From Macrostomum lignano (taxonomy: Eukaryota), in assembly GCA_002269645.1 (NCBI GenBank), contig NIVC01001352.1, positions 1-46,578 on the forward strand: a stretch of 46,578 bases of DNA. The letters are read 5' to 3'. This document shows positions 1 to 8,669 of this stretch, in pieces. Made by a program: the position numbers and the translations under genes. The notes below the pieces were generated by a model. The model was given only the letters and a program-made list of their open reading frames with translations. It was not told where the DNA came from and did no database searches. Every line of letters starts with the position of its first letter. Position 1 is the first letter of the stretch.

Positions 1-407
1 TTAGACCTGTCTTTAGTTATATTGATTGCAATATTAGGCTCTATCAAGAAAGTATTGTTTATTTATAAGTGATTTTTTGTTTTTATTAGATATAGGGTGC
101 CTATATAATTTGTGAACTTTATCTATTATTCATAATTATTTTTAATTTAGGCTGTCGTATATAGGGGCCTATATTTATAATATTTTATAAACCTACAATC
201 AAAATAAGATCTTGTTAGTTATTACTTGCACATTGTCTTTGGCCAAGTTCATAAGAAAATATCCATTTAAAATATTTTAAACACATGTTGCTATTATTGT
301 TCTTCTGGTCTCTCATTTCTATGGCTCTGGGTCTACTTCAAATATCAATGTGAAAGCCAAATAACTGAGGCGGCAGATTCAAACTGATTTTTCGGTTTTT
401 CGATTTT

Positions 408-735
408 TAGCGGTTTCTGATACTCCCAATTGGGGTTCTTATATTCTAAGAAATGATTAAGTCTTTAAGCGATTTCAATATTTAGAACAAACTAAATTTG
501 CTTATCAAAAACCGAAAGGCAGCAAACGGTTGCTTCCTCAAGTCTGCTCAGCGTGTCTATTTATACCCAAAATTTGTTATAGTTTAAACAAAATAATAAT
601 TGCAGAAATATTTTTGCAAACCACAACATTCAAACAAATATTTCGCGCAGATTTGAATAAAGGTTTTTCTAAGAAAGGCAAACATAAAACGAGTAAAATT
701 TAAAAGTATTAGAGCTATTATTAATGCCTGTCTCA
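408..735 (-). repeat. 3' LTR (the portion identical to the 5' LTR)
   Basis: Matches 8672-8999 with 4 substitutions in 328 bp by manual comparison. Starts TGAGACAGG on the minus strand, directly after the PPT. Where the 5' copy has TG on the plus strand (8670-8671), this copy has TT (406-407). Confidence 0.9.
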
Positions 736-747
736 GCTGCCTTCCCT
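736..747 (-). promoter_or_regulatory. Polypurine tract (PPT)
   Basis: Minus strand AGGGAAGGCAGC directly abuts the TG start of the 3' LTR. Confidence 0.65.
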
Positions 748-1180
748 AAACGCAAATTTTGAACAATAAAATTTACAAAAATGTTTGCGTGAAAAATTTG
801 CTAAGTAGTATTACTAGTATTATAAGGCAAAGATTTGTGAAGAAATTCAAAAGAACGATAAGTACATATTTATGAAAAAGGCAGTAAAAAGGCAATGGCA
901 TAACAAAACTATTTAGTAGGTGCTAATAATAAGGAAGAGTTAGTAGTGTGAAACAAAGCAAGTGTAGCAACAGAGAACTAAAATACAATTTAAGCAAAAA
1001 AGGCAATACAGGTAACGAAAAATAAAAAAAAATGTAAGCTAGTAATAATTTCCTATAAGCATAATTGAAAGAAGAATTTAGCTACTAAATGCTACAAATA
1101 CTACTAAGCTAGTAATAAAGCAAAAACAAAAACAATATCAGTACTTTTGCAAATGTTCGATTCAGAGTAACCCTTGTCAT

Positions 1181-2170
1181 TTAGAAGTAGCAATTTCGCG
1201 GGAGGTCTCTGTACTCGAGCCATCCGAGCTGGGTGAAAACCCATCTCACCTCAATGTTGACAAGCTGTCTCTGAATTGGCTGTCGGCTGGCATCCAGATC
1301 GTCTCGAAATCGGTCGATGGCGTATCGCAGCAGAGCGATGGCTTCCTCTCGCGAAAGTCGGGTTCTCAGCTGCCTCAGGCTTGGCCACAGGTAAGCCCGC
1401 TGTGGCAACGCCTGGTCGAGGCGCAGGTGGGCTATCCTTTCCAGATAAACCCTGATGCCGTGCACAACTCGTTCGAGCGTAACGCCGTGCATGTCGATAA
1501 GGGCTAGCGCCGTTTCATGGTACTCTCGCCTTGGCTGTAGCGGCGGATTAGGCACAGGCTGCAGTGGCTGCCTGGGTGTTGCTGGCTGATGTGGCGGAGG
1601 CGGCTGCTGCTGCTGTGGCGGCCGACTCGGCGGCTGCGGCTGGTTCGACGGCTGCGGCAGACGTCTTGGCGACGAATGGCGCGGCGGCTGTGGTGGACGT
1701 CTCGGCTGACGTCTCATTGCTGACTGCTGTGGAGGCGCGGCCAGCTGAAGGGTGCGCCGCTCTTCTCCGGCGCATGGTCTTACGACCAAAGACTTGATTG
1801 GCGCTTTTGCTTGAGCATCCAGAAGAGCGGCCCTCTTGGCTGGAATTGATGATTGTTCAGCGGCTGGCGGTCGCTTGCCTGTTCCTGACAGGGCTCTTGG
1901 TCTCGTCGGAGCTCGCAATGGCGCCTCCTCAATGTCAGGCGCCGATCGGCTGGTTGATGGCGCGAACGTCGCTGCAGGCTGATTTGCTGATGAAGCTGGC
2001 GGCCGAGCTGACGGTACTGGCGACTCAGCTGGCGGCTCGGCTGGCTGCTCAGCTGGCTGCTCAGCCGGCTGGTCTGGAGGTCGAACTGGCGGCGCTGGAG
2101 GCTGCGCTGGAGGCTCAGCTGGCTGGTCTGCTGCGGCGGCGACGGCTAATTCCTCCATGGAGTCGTCCAC
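1181..2170 (-). CDS. ORF3 of the retrotransposon: Pro/Gln/Ala-rich disordered N-terminus plus an ~115-aa predicted helical C-terminal domain, function unknown
   Basis: 329-codon ORF between pol and the PPT, in element orientation. First in-frame ATG at 2158 (2170 is GTG). No signal peptide or transmembrane segment is visible, so it is not Env-like. The C-terminus is complex, non-repetitive sequence (EYHETALALIDMHG...RWVFTQLGWLEYRDLPRNCYF). Confidence 0.7.
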   Translation of the reverse strand: MDDSMEELAVAAAADQPAEPPAQPPAPPVRPPDQPAEQPAEQPAEPPAESPVPSARPPASSANQPAATFAPSTSRSAPDIEEAPLRAPTRPRALSGTGKRPPAAEQSSIPAKRAALLDAQAKAPIKSLVVRPCAGEERRTLQLAAPPQQSAMRRQPRRPPQPPRHSSPRRLPQPSNQPQPPSRPPQQQQPPPPHQPATPRQPLQPVPNPPLQPRREYHETALALIDMHGVTLERVVHGIRVYLERIAHLRLDQALPQRAYLWPSLRQLRTRLSREEAIALLRYAIDRFRDDLDASRQPIQRQLVNIEVRWVFTQLGWLEYRDLPRNCYF

Positions 2171-2575
2171 AAATCTTTTAAGAAATTATCTAAGTCGTCG
2201 TCCATTCTAGCTCGCAATATATATTCTTGCGGTATTAACTCAAGATTGACTTGGAGAGGTGTGATCGACGGGTCTATGGAGCTGCAGGGAGTTCAATTGT
2301 ATATCTGAAAAACTGGACCGCATCTTCGTGTTCGCACGAGAGGGGGTTTAGCAAATTTCTAACGAGCTCGCTCATTGGCTCACACCGTTACTAAGCGTTG
2401 CTAGGATTTTTATGCGGAACGAGTTTCGAACAATACCTGCACAATTCTGTATACTCTACTGTTAGTAATGCGCATAACATTTTTACTGTATATGCAAATT
2501 TAATATTTTTGTATTTTTATAGATTTTATGATTTTTACTTTTTATGAGTTTTATATTGAGTCTATTTACACATTT

Positions 2576-5500
2576 TTACATGGATTCGGCCTCATTACTT
2601 TCGGTAATGAGAATATCGCCTCCGGGGAACAAAGCCTGTTGCGACTGAGTTCTCTCGGGTCTCAAATTATATTGATGTCTTTGTTCGGCTCTTTCATTCT
2701 CACCTATCTCTAATGCGTCATCTTCCTCAGCTAACTCAGTTCTTTCACTGTCTGTTGACTCATCTTCTATCTCATTCTGCTCAATTTCCTCTTGCTCAAC
2801 TTCTTCCTCAATTGGCTCGATCTCTCTTGCTCTCCACTGAATTCTTTCGTCTTCCGAACTGTCAGTTTCTATTATTGGCTCTAAATGATTTTTCTTACTA
2901 ATCTGTTGCCTTCCCTTATTTTTCGGCTCTCTCTTTTTCTGTTGTTCTCTCTGCCTTCCCCTATTTGTAGGTTCCGTCTCTTTATTTGGTTCATTCGGCA
3001 AATCTATTTGCGAGTTGGGTACTGGAGTGAGGTTGTTTCGATGTACGAGCATCTTCTCGCCAATCCTTACTCCGTCTATTTCTCGCTGTACTCGAAATAC
3101 TGTTTCGGAAAGTCTCGCAAGGACTCTGAATGCTGCTCTTTTCTTGCGGTGAAATTTATGGCTTTCTTCACTGTGTAATTGCGGATTGTTAATCAATGCG
3201 AGGCATCCAACCGGTACATGCTTCGGTGGCTTGTTCTCAGCATTGTCCTCCTCTCTACGGTCCTTTACCTTCTCTAGCTTCTTCTGCACGAGTTTCTGTG
3301 CTTCTTCGAGCCTTTCAGCATGGTTTAGCACATAGCTCGGATAATCGTGATACTGCTTTGGCCTTCGAATAATACTGTCTATCCTAAGATCTGCCTCCCT
3401 ACCAAATAGCAGGTAGTGCGGCGTGAATCCGGTGGTCTGGTTCACACTAGTGCGCACAGCTACCAGAGCTGCGGGAATTAGCAAATCCCAGTCGGAATGA
3501 TCTTTCTCTACTAGACAAGTTACTATTGACTTTATTTGTTTATTGAATCTTTCGACTAGTCCGTTACTTTGTGCGTGATACGGTGTGGTGCATGTATGCT
3601 TGATGCCATACATCCTACAAAATGCTTGGAACTGACGGCTGACGAATGTCTTGCCATTGTCAGTGTGGATCCACTGGCATTGTCCGTATTCGCTAAAGAT
3701 TCTTTCTTGTATGATCTTAATCACTATATCCGATTTCTGATTTCGCACTGGGAACGCAAATGGGAACCGAGTAGTGCTATCTACTACTGTTAGTACGTAG
3801 CGATGACCTCTTCGACTCTCTTTTGAGATCGGCCCAATCAGGTCAATATGGATCCTATGAAACGGTTCGCATATTGGAAAGGACTGCACTGGCGCCTTCA
3901 CCTTATTTCCTGCCTTACTCTCTAAACAAGGAATACATTCCGAAATATACTTCTCTACTGCAGTTGCTAGTCCTGGTCGCCAAAATCGATCGCGCACACG
4001 TTGCAGTGTTTTATCACGACCTAGGTGACCTGAGAGAGGACTGTCATGCAACTCTCGGAATACTTTTTTCTCAATGTTCTCTGGCAACACGACCTTCTGT
4101 GTCCCGTCTTCGTCTATGGTCAATAACTCGTCTTCTAGCTTCATCTGCTTATAGAACTTTAACATCTGCTTCAACTCTCTAGTTGCATCCTTTGGTAATT
4201 TCGGTTCTCGGATACTCTGCTCCTTCCAGGCTATCAGCGTCCTCATAGAAGGGTCGTCACGCTGAGCTGATGTCAGCTGCTCCTTCTTAAGCGGGACGAA
4301 GAGATAGTCGGTTAGGAGTTTCCGACAAGCGGTCTCACTAACGTTTTCTTCCGCATCCTCATACACTTCTTCATCATCAGCGAAGTAATCGCTGGCGTCC
4401 TCATACTCTTCTTCTTCATCTTCGAAATATTCTCTTGCATCTTCGTACTCTTCATCGTCTTCTACTTCTTCTCTAATTGGATCAGTCTGACAGCTCTGGT
4501 GCTTACAGCTTGAGATATTGGTCTGACTTCGGTTTACCGTAACGGTAGGAAGTACTGGACCTATCTCAGCTTTAGTGCACTTTTCTGCCTTAGTCTCCTG
4601 ATTATCTTTTAATCTTTCTGCGGGTCGTCTGGATAGTCCGTCTGCATTGGTGTGTTTAGCACCGCTGCGGTGTTCAATGTCATACTGAAACTCACTTAAT
4701 CTCTCAATCCATCTACCGAGGATTCCCTGCGCTTCAGTCTGGCGAAGTAGCCATAGGATAGCGCGATGATCTGTTCTTGCCAGGAATCTCTTTCCGATGA
4801 GATAGAATCGGAAGTGTTTCATTCCGTCAACTAATGCTAGCAATTCTTTTCTTGTGATTGGATACCTCTTTTCTGATTCCTTCATGGCTCTGCTAAAGTA
4901 CGCGATGGGCCTTTCAACTCCATCGGATTGTATCTGACCTAAGCAGGCCCCAATCCTGTCATCACTCGCGTCGGTGTCAAGCACCATTCGAACTTCTTCA
5001 TTGTCAGTGAACTCTGGGTATGCTAAAACTTCTGTTGATGTCATCTTCTGCTTTAGTAGCGCAAAGGCTTCATCATGACTCTTAGTCCATTTCTCCCTAA
5101 AATTCTGAATTCCCTTCTTAGTTAGCTGGAAGAGCGGGTGCGCTGCTTCCGCGTAATTCTTCACGAACCTACAGTAATAGTTACATAGACCTAGGAAGCT
5201 TCTTAATTCTTTAACGTCCTTAGGCGTCGGCCATGACTGAATTGCTTCTATCTTAGCTGGATCTGTCTTAATTCCTTCTCTACCAACTATGTGTCCTAGA
5301 TATTTAAGCTCTTTTTGAAATAGATTACATTTCTTCGGCCTTAATTTTAATCCGGCTGTTACTAGTCTCTGGAACACTTCTCGTAGGTGATCCAGGTGAT
5401 CCTCAAATTTCGTTGAGTAAGTTACTATGTCGTCAATGTACGACATGGCGAATTTATGTTGAATCCCCATCAATACTAGGTTCATTAGTCTCTGGAATGT

Positions 5501-7141
5501 TCCAGGTGCATTAGATAGTCCCTGCGCCATGACCTGATACTCGAACTGTCCCATAGTCAAAGTCGAAAATGCTGTCATGAATTTATCCTCTTCCTTAATT
5601 GGTACCTGCCAATAACCTGAATTTAAGTCTAAACTACTGAAATATTGACTTCCCGTTAGATGAGAGAAAGTTTCCTGAATATTCGGCAACGGATACGGAT
5701 AGTAGTTAACTCGAGAGTTCAAGACTCTGAAATCGCTGACAATCCTAATAGTTCCATCTTTCTTAGGCACTATTACTAATGGCGTCGAATAAGTGCTATA
5801 GCACGGCCTTATTAAATTTTTAGCGAGCATATCGTCTAACTGTTCGTCTACTTGCTTCTGCAGATGTGGTGGTATTCTGCGAGTAGGTATTCTGACTGGC
5901 GTCGTATCCTTCAGCGAGATTTCGTGGGTCACTAGATGAGTGAGGCCCATCTCCTGGCTTGTCTGCGAGAATGCTTCCCTATTCTCTTTCAGCAGCTCTA
6001 CTACCTTTTCTTTCTGCTCTGATGATAGCTCATCTGAGATGTTAATCTCCTGAATCCATTCATCAGTACGAGTATCAGCAGTTTCAGCGCATTTCGCGGA
6101 TTTAACTTGTCCGGTGTCATTCTTGGTAACGAAGTACGTTAGTTCTTCGGCTTTTAATGGCTTGGCAATGCCTACCATTGCTGATTTCCTAATCACTACG
6201 TCGTTATTCTGCCTATTGATCACTTCTACCACACCAGTTCCATTACTCATCGTTAATAAGGTTGGAACCATATCCAGTGTGTCATCTTTTACTGAGATAT
6301 GTCCTTTGGTGGTCTCAATCATCATTGGCGTACCGAAGTTCATTTCAGCTCGTTTAGCTAGTTTGACTGGTATTCTTAAAGCACTATTAGCTGGCACAAC
6401 TACCTTGTCGTGACAGTAGACTCGGCACACTCGTACCGGCAATTTAGTAAACTGCATCGGAATGCAAACTCCGGTTTTTAAAATCATCATTCCTTTGTCA
6501 AAACTCATACTCTCGCAAAAGTTCATAAAGAAATCCATTCCTAGGATATCATCACACTCATGGTTGCACAGCAGGAAGTCGGTCACAATTTCTACTTCTC
6601 CGAACATTATCTTTATTGTCACTTCTCCTTCGATTCGCACAATCGATCCATCGAATGTGGTCACTCTTTGATCAGATGGCCTGATCTCTTGTTCTCTACA
6701 TACTCTTCTCCAAGTACTTTTACTTAGAAAGTTACGACCGGCTCCTGTGTCTAACAGAAAGCGAATATTCTGCTTGCGGATCTTTCCGTCAATGACTGCT
6801 TCTCGGCCTTTCTTCTCTGTGCCGGCATCTAAACTTGTCTCTTCTTCTGCACTTTCATTCAGCTTGACGTACTCTTCTGGCTTCGGAGTACTTTTCTTGG
6901 GTAAGCAATCAGGTGCACGCGTAGTATTTACATTCGGTACTGTATGTGCATTCGCATGTTTTTTGTTGGGTTTTCTAAACTTATTATAATTTTCGCATGA
7001 TTTGTACTTGTACTGCTTATTAACTTTGTACGCATTATTAACTTTGTACGCATTATTTACAAATTCAGAGGCCTGAATTTTGCTCTGGATTTCGCTAGAG
7101 GGACGTGGCCTCGTTATTCGGCCCTCGCTTCTCAGTTTCCC
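2576..7141 (-). CDS. pol: Pol polyprotein (aspartic protease, reverse transcriptase, RNase H, integrase), translated as Gag-Pol by -1 frameshift
   Basis: I translated the frame by hand from 7141 to the tracked ORF start (6664) and found no stop. It contains protease FLLDTGAG (Asp codon 6749-6751), RT YIDD, RNase H LDTDAS, integrase HHCC (LHDSPLSGH...CIPC) and D,D,E (IHIDLIGP / HTDNG / GLVERFN). Confidence 0.96.
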   Translation of the reverse strand, partial: GKLRSEGRITRPRPSSEIQSKIQASEFVNNAYKVNNAYKVNKQYKYKSCENYNKFRKPNKKHANAHTVPNVNTTRAPDCLPKKSTPKPEEYVKLNESAEEETSLDAGTEKKGREAVIDGKIRKQNIRFLLDTGAGRNFLSKSTWRRVCREQEIRPSDQRVTTFDGSIVRIEGEVTIKIMFGEVEIVTDFLLCNHECDDILGMDFFMNFCESMSFDKGMMILKTGVCIPMQFTKLPVRVCRVYCHDKVVVPANSALRIPVKLAKRAEMNFGTPMMIETTKGHISVKDDTLDMVPTLLTMSNGTGVVEVINRQNNDVVIRKSAMVGIAKPLKAEELTYFVTKNDTGQVKSAKCAETADTRTDEWIQEINISDELSSEQKEKVVELLKENREAFSQTSQEMGLTHLVTHEISLKDTTPVRIPTRRIPPHLQKQVDEQLDDMLAKNLIRPCYSTYSTPLVIVPKKDGTIRIVSDFRVLNSRVNYYPYPLPNIQETFSHLTGSQYFSSLDLNSGYWQVPIKEEDKFMTAFSTLTMGQFEYQVMAQGLSNAPGTFQRLMNLVLMGIQHKFAMSYIDDIVTYSTKFEDHLDHLREVFQRLVTAGLKLRPKKCNLFQKELKYLGHIVGREGIKTDPAKIEAIQSWPTPKDVKELRSFLGLCNYYCRFVKNYAEAAHPLFQLTKKGIQNFREKWTKSHDEAFALLKQKMTSTEVLAYPEFTDNEEVRMVLDTDASDDRIGACLGQIQSDGVERPIAYFSRAMKESEKRYPITRKELLALVDGMKHFRFYLIGKRFLARTDHRAILWLLRQTEAQGILGRWIERLSEFQYDIEHRSGAKHTNADGLSRRPAERLKDNQETKAEKCTKAEIGPVLPTVTVNRSQTNISSCKHQSCQTDPIREEVEDDEEYEDAREYFEDEEEEYEDASDYFADDEEVYEDAEENVSETACRKLLTDYLFVPLKKEQLTSAQRDDPSMRTLIAWKEQSIREPKLPKDATRELKQMLKFYKQMKLEDELLTIDEDGTQKVVLPENIEKKVFRELHDSPLSGHLGRDKTLQRVRDRFWRPGLATAVEKYISECIPCLESKAGNKVKAPVQSFPICEPFHRIHIDLIGPISKESRRGHRYVLTVVDSTTRFPFAFPVRNQKSDIVIKIIQERIFSEYGQCQWIHTDNGKTFVSRQFQAFCRMYGIKHTCTTPYHAQSNGLVERFNKQIKSIVTCLVEKDHSDWDLLIPAALVAVRTSVNQTTGFTPHYLLFGREADLRIDSIIRRPKQYHDYPSYVLNHAERLEEAQKLVQKKLEKVKDRREEDNAENKPPKHVPVGCLALINNPQLHSEESHKFHRKKRAAFRVLARLSETVFRVQREIDGVRIGEKMLVHRNNLTPVPNSQIDLPNEPNKETEPTNRGRQREQQKKREPKNKGRQQISKKNHLEPIIETDSSEDERIQWRAREIEPIEEEVEQEEIEQNEIEDESTDSERTELAEEDDALEIGENERAEQRHQYNLRPERTQSQQALFPGGDILITESNEAESM

Positions 7142-8157
7142 TGGTTATTCGAGCGGTTCTGCATCTGCGGAGCGTTCTGCTTGGCACTCCTGCACTGCTT
7201 TGCAATGTGGCCAATCTTCCCGCAGTTATAGCAAGTCTGCGGCTGTTGTCTCGGCTGACCCTGGTTTGGGTGCTGCTGCCGGGCGAACATTTGCTGTCGC
7301 GCCTGCGCTCCATTGCCATACTGTGGCGGAACGGGCTGCGGCTGCTGGGGCTGGTATCTCTGTGGATACTGCCTGGCTGCCTGAGCGTACGAATAATTTT
7401 GCGAAAACTGCTGCTGATTATTCTGCATCTTCTCCTCTCTTAGCTCCTGCAAAGCTCTCTTCTGCTGTTCAATCTCGAACTTCTGCTTCCTAATGATCTC
7501 TTCCAGTCTTTCTTGTTCAGCCTTCCTCTGCTGTTCTTGTTCTTCCTCGCTCTTAGCTACTCTCATGCCTGAATTCCTGCGTGACATGTTCCAGGCTGCT
7601 TCCATTCTCCTCAGCATTCTTCTGGCTTCCTGCAGATTAGCTGGCTGAGCGAAGATCAGTTTCTCGCGGGTTTCAGGTGGAACTCTCACACCCTTGATGA
7701 ACTGTTCCACGATCTCCTCTTCCCGCTGTTCCACAGTCATGTTTGGGAAGGCTCGCGAAGCTAGCTCAATTAGACAATCGGTGTACGATTCTACTAACTC
7801 ATTTCTGCCTTGCATTCGGCCTCTAAATTCTTCCCTAAACTCTGCTGAACTGCCAATTCTGCCAAAGCGTTCTACAAGTCTTTCTTTAAATTCTTCGTAC
7901 TCCAGATCATCTGGGAGGTTCAAACGCTGAACTGCTGCGAATGCAGTAGCCAGGTCGAGGTTCGCGAGAAGCTCTTGCTTCCGGTTATCCTCTTCGATAC
8001 CCTCAGCTTCACAGCGCTGGTCGAAGGCAGTCAACCAGATCCTAATATCTTGACCTGGCGTGAATTTCTGAATTTTCACATGCCTTTGTGGTCCTAACTC
8101 TAACCTGTTTCTTAGCTCTTCAGCTAGCATCGCAATCGCATCATTTGCGTTGGCCAT
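7132..8157 (-). CDS. gag: Gag (capsid-like domain, coiled coil, Gln-rich linker, CCHC zinc knuckle)
   Basis: 341-aa ORF with a retrotransposon gag-like core (YEEFKERLVERFG...RMQGRNELVESY...EQFIKG) and CYNCGKIGHIAKQC. Located between the PBS and pol. Confidence 0.93.
   Translation of the reverse strand: MANANDAIAMLAEELRNRLELGPQRHVKIQKFTPGQDIRIWLTAFDQRCEAEGIEEDNRKQELLANLDLATAFAAVQRLNLPDDLEYEEFKERLVERFGRIGSSAEFREEFRGRMQGRNELVESYTDCLIELASRAFPNMTVEQREEEIVEQFIKGVRVPPETREKLIFAQPANLQEARRMLRRMEAAWNMSRRNSGMRVAKSEEEQEQQRKAEQERLEEIIRKQKFEIEQQKRALQELREEKMQNNQQQFSQNYSYAQAARQYPQRYQPQQPQPVPPQYGNGAQARQQMFARQQHPNQGQPRQQPQTCYNCGKIGHIAKQCRSAKQNAPQMQNRSNNQGN
7135..7141 (-). promoter_or_regulatory. -1 programmed ribosomal frameshift slippery site G GGA AAC
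   Basis: gag ends CAG GGA AAC TGA. The heptamer is in the X XXY YYZ register and pol is in the -1 frame. The -1 frame has a TAA two codons upstream, which restricts the shift to this site. A candidate stem (GAGGG...CCCTC) begins 8 nt downstream. Confidence 0.85.
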
Positions 8158-8205
8158 CTCTGATCTTGTCAGGTTCTGCTATTTCTCTAGTCTTCTAAGG
8201 TTTTT

Positions 8206-8266
8206 GCCGTTTCTCTGATCTAATTCGCGCCGTTTCTCTGATCTAATTCTCGCCGTTTCTCTGATC
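8206..8266. repeat. Three 23-bp-period repeats (GCCGTTTCTCTGATC core) in the leader, just 3' of the PBS
   Basis: Cores at 8206-8220, 8229-8243 and 8252-8266. Confidence 0.85.
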
Positions 8267-8281
8267 CCACCGCTGCCACCA
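8264..8281 (-). promoter_or_regulatory. Primer binding site complementary to the tRNA-Leu 3' end
   Basis: Minus strand TGGTGGCAGCGGTGGGAT is the 18-nt complement of ...ATCCCACCGCTGCCACCA, the 3' end of metazoan tRNA-Leu(AAG/UAG class) including CCA. The tRNA sequence is recalled, not searched. Confidence 0.88.
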
Positions 8282-8398
8282 AAAGCTGTCGTAGGGCTCT
8301 TATTTAATCCTTTGTCTAGCCTTACTTGCTGCCACCAAAGTTGTTACAAAGCTATTTCTTCTTAACAATTCTACTGGTTGTTAATTGTAATTCTACTG

Positions 8399-8659
8399 GT
8401 AGCGCATGTACTTCTATTGGTAGCGTATGTACTTCTATTGATAGCGTATGTACTTCTATTGTACTTTCTGGCCTGAGCGGTCTAATAGCACTGTCTATTC
8501 TATTCCTATGCTTCCCCTAATATTATTCTCTCAGTCCTGGGCGTTCCCTGGATCAGAGGGTCACAGCTTATGCTCTTTCTCTGCCCTGAGGCGATCTTCT
8601 CTCGTTATGAGGCGGTTCTCCTGCCCTGAGGCGAATTTACAATTTACTGCCCTGAGGCG
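8399..8659. repeat. Short tandem repeats between the PBS and the LTR identity block
   Basis: Three 21-bp units (RTAGCGYATGTACTTCTATTG) at 8399-8461. Three CTGCCCTGAGGCG at 8581, 8621 and 8647. Confidence 0.85.
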
Positions 8660-8669
8660 GTTTCTCGCT

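Noticed and set aside
1548-2181. ORFs 1548-1775, 1564-1797 and 1798-2181
   Set aside because: Alternative-frame or antisense shadows of the GC-rich, low-complexity ORF3.
8469-8560. tRNA gene or tRNA-derived SINE (A-box-like TGGCCTGAGCGG)
   Set aside because: No B-box (GTTCRANNC) or cloverleaf downstream. Kept only as a tRNA-complementary site on the opposite strand.
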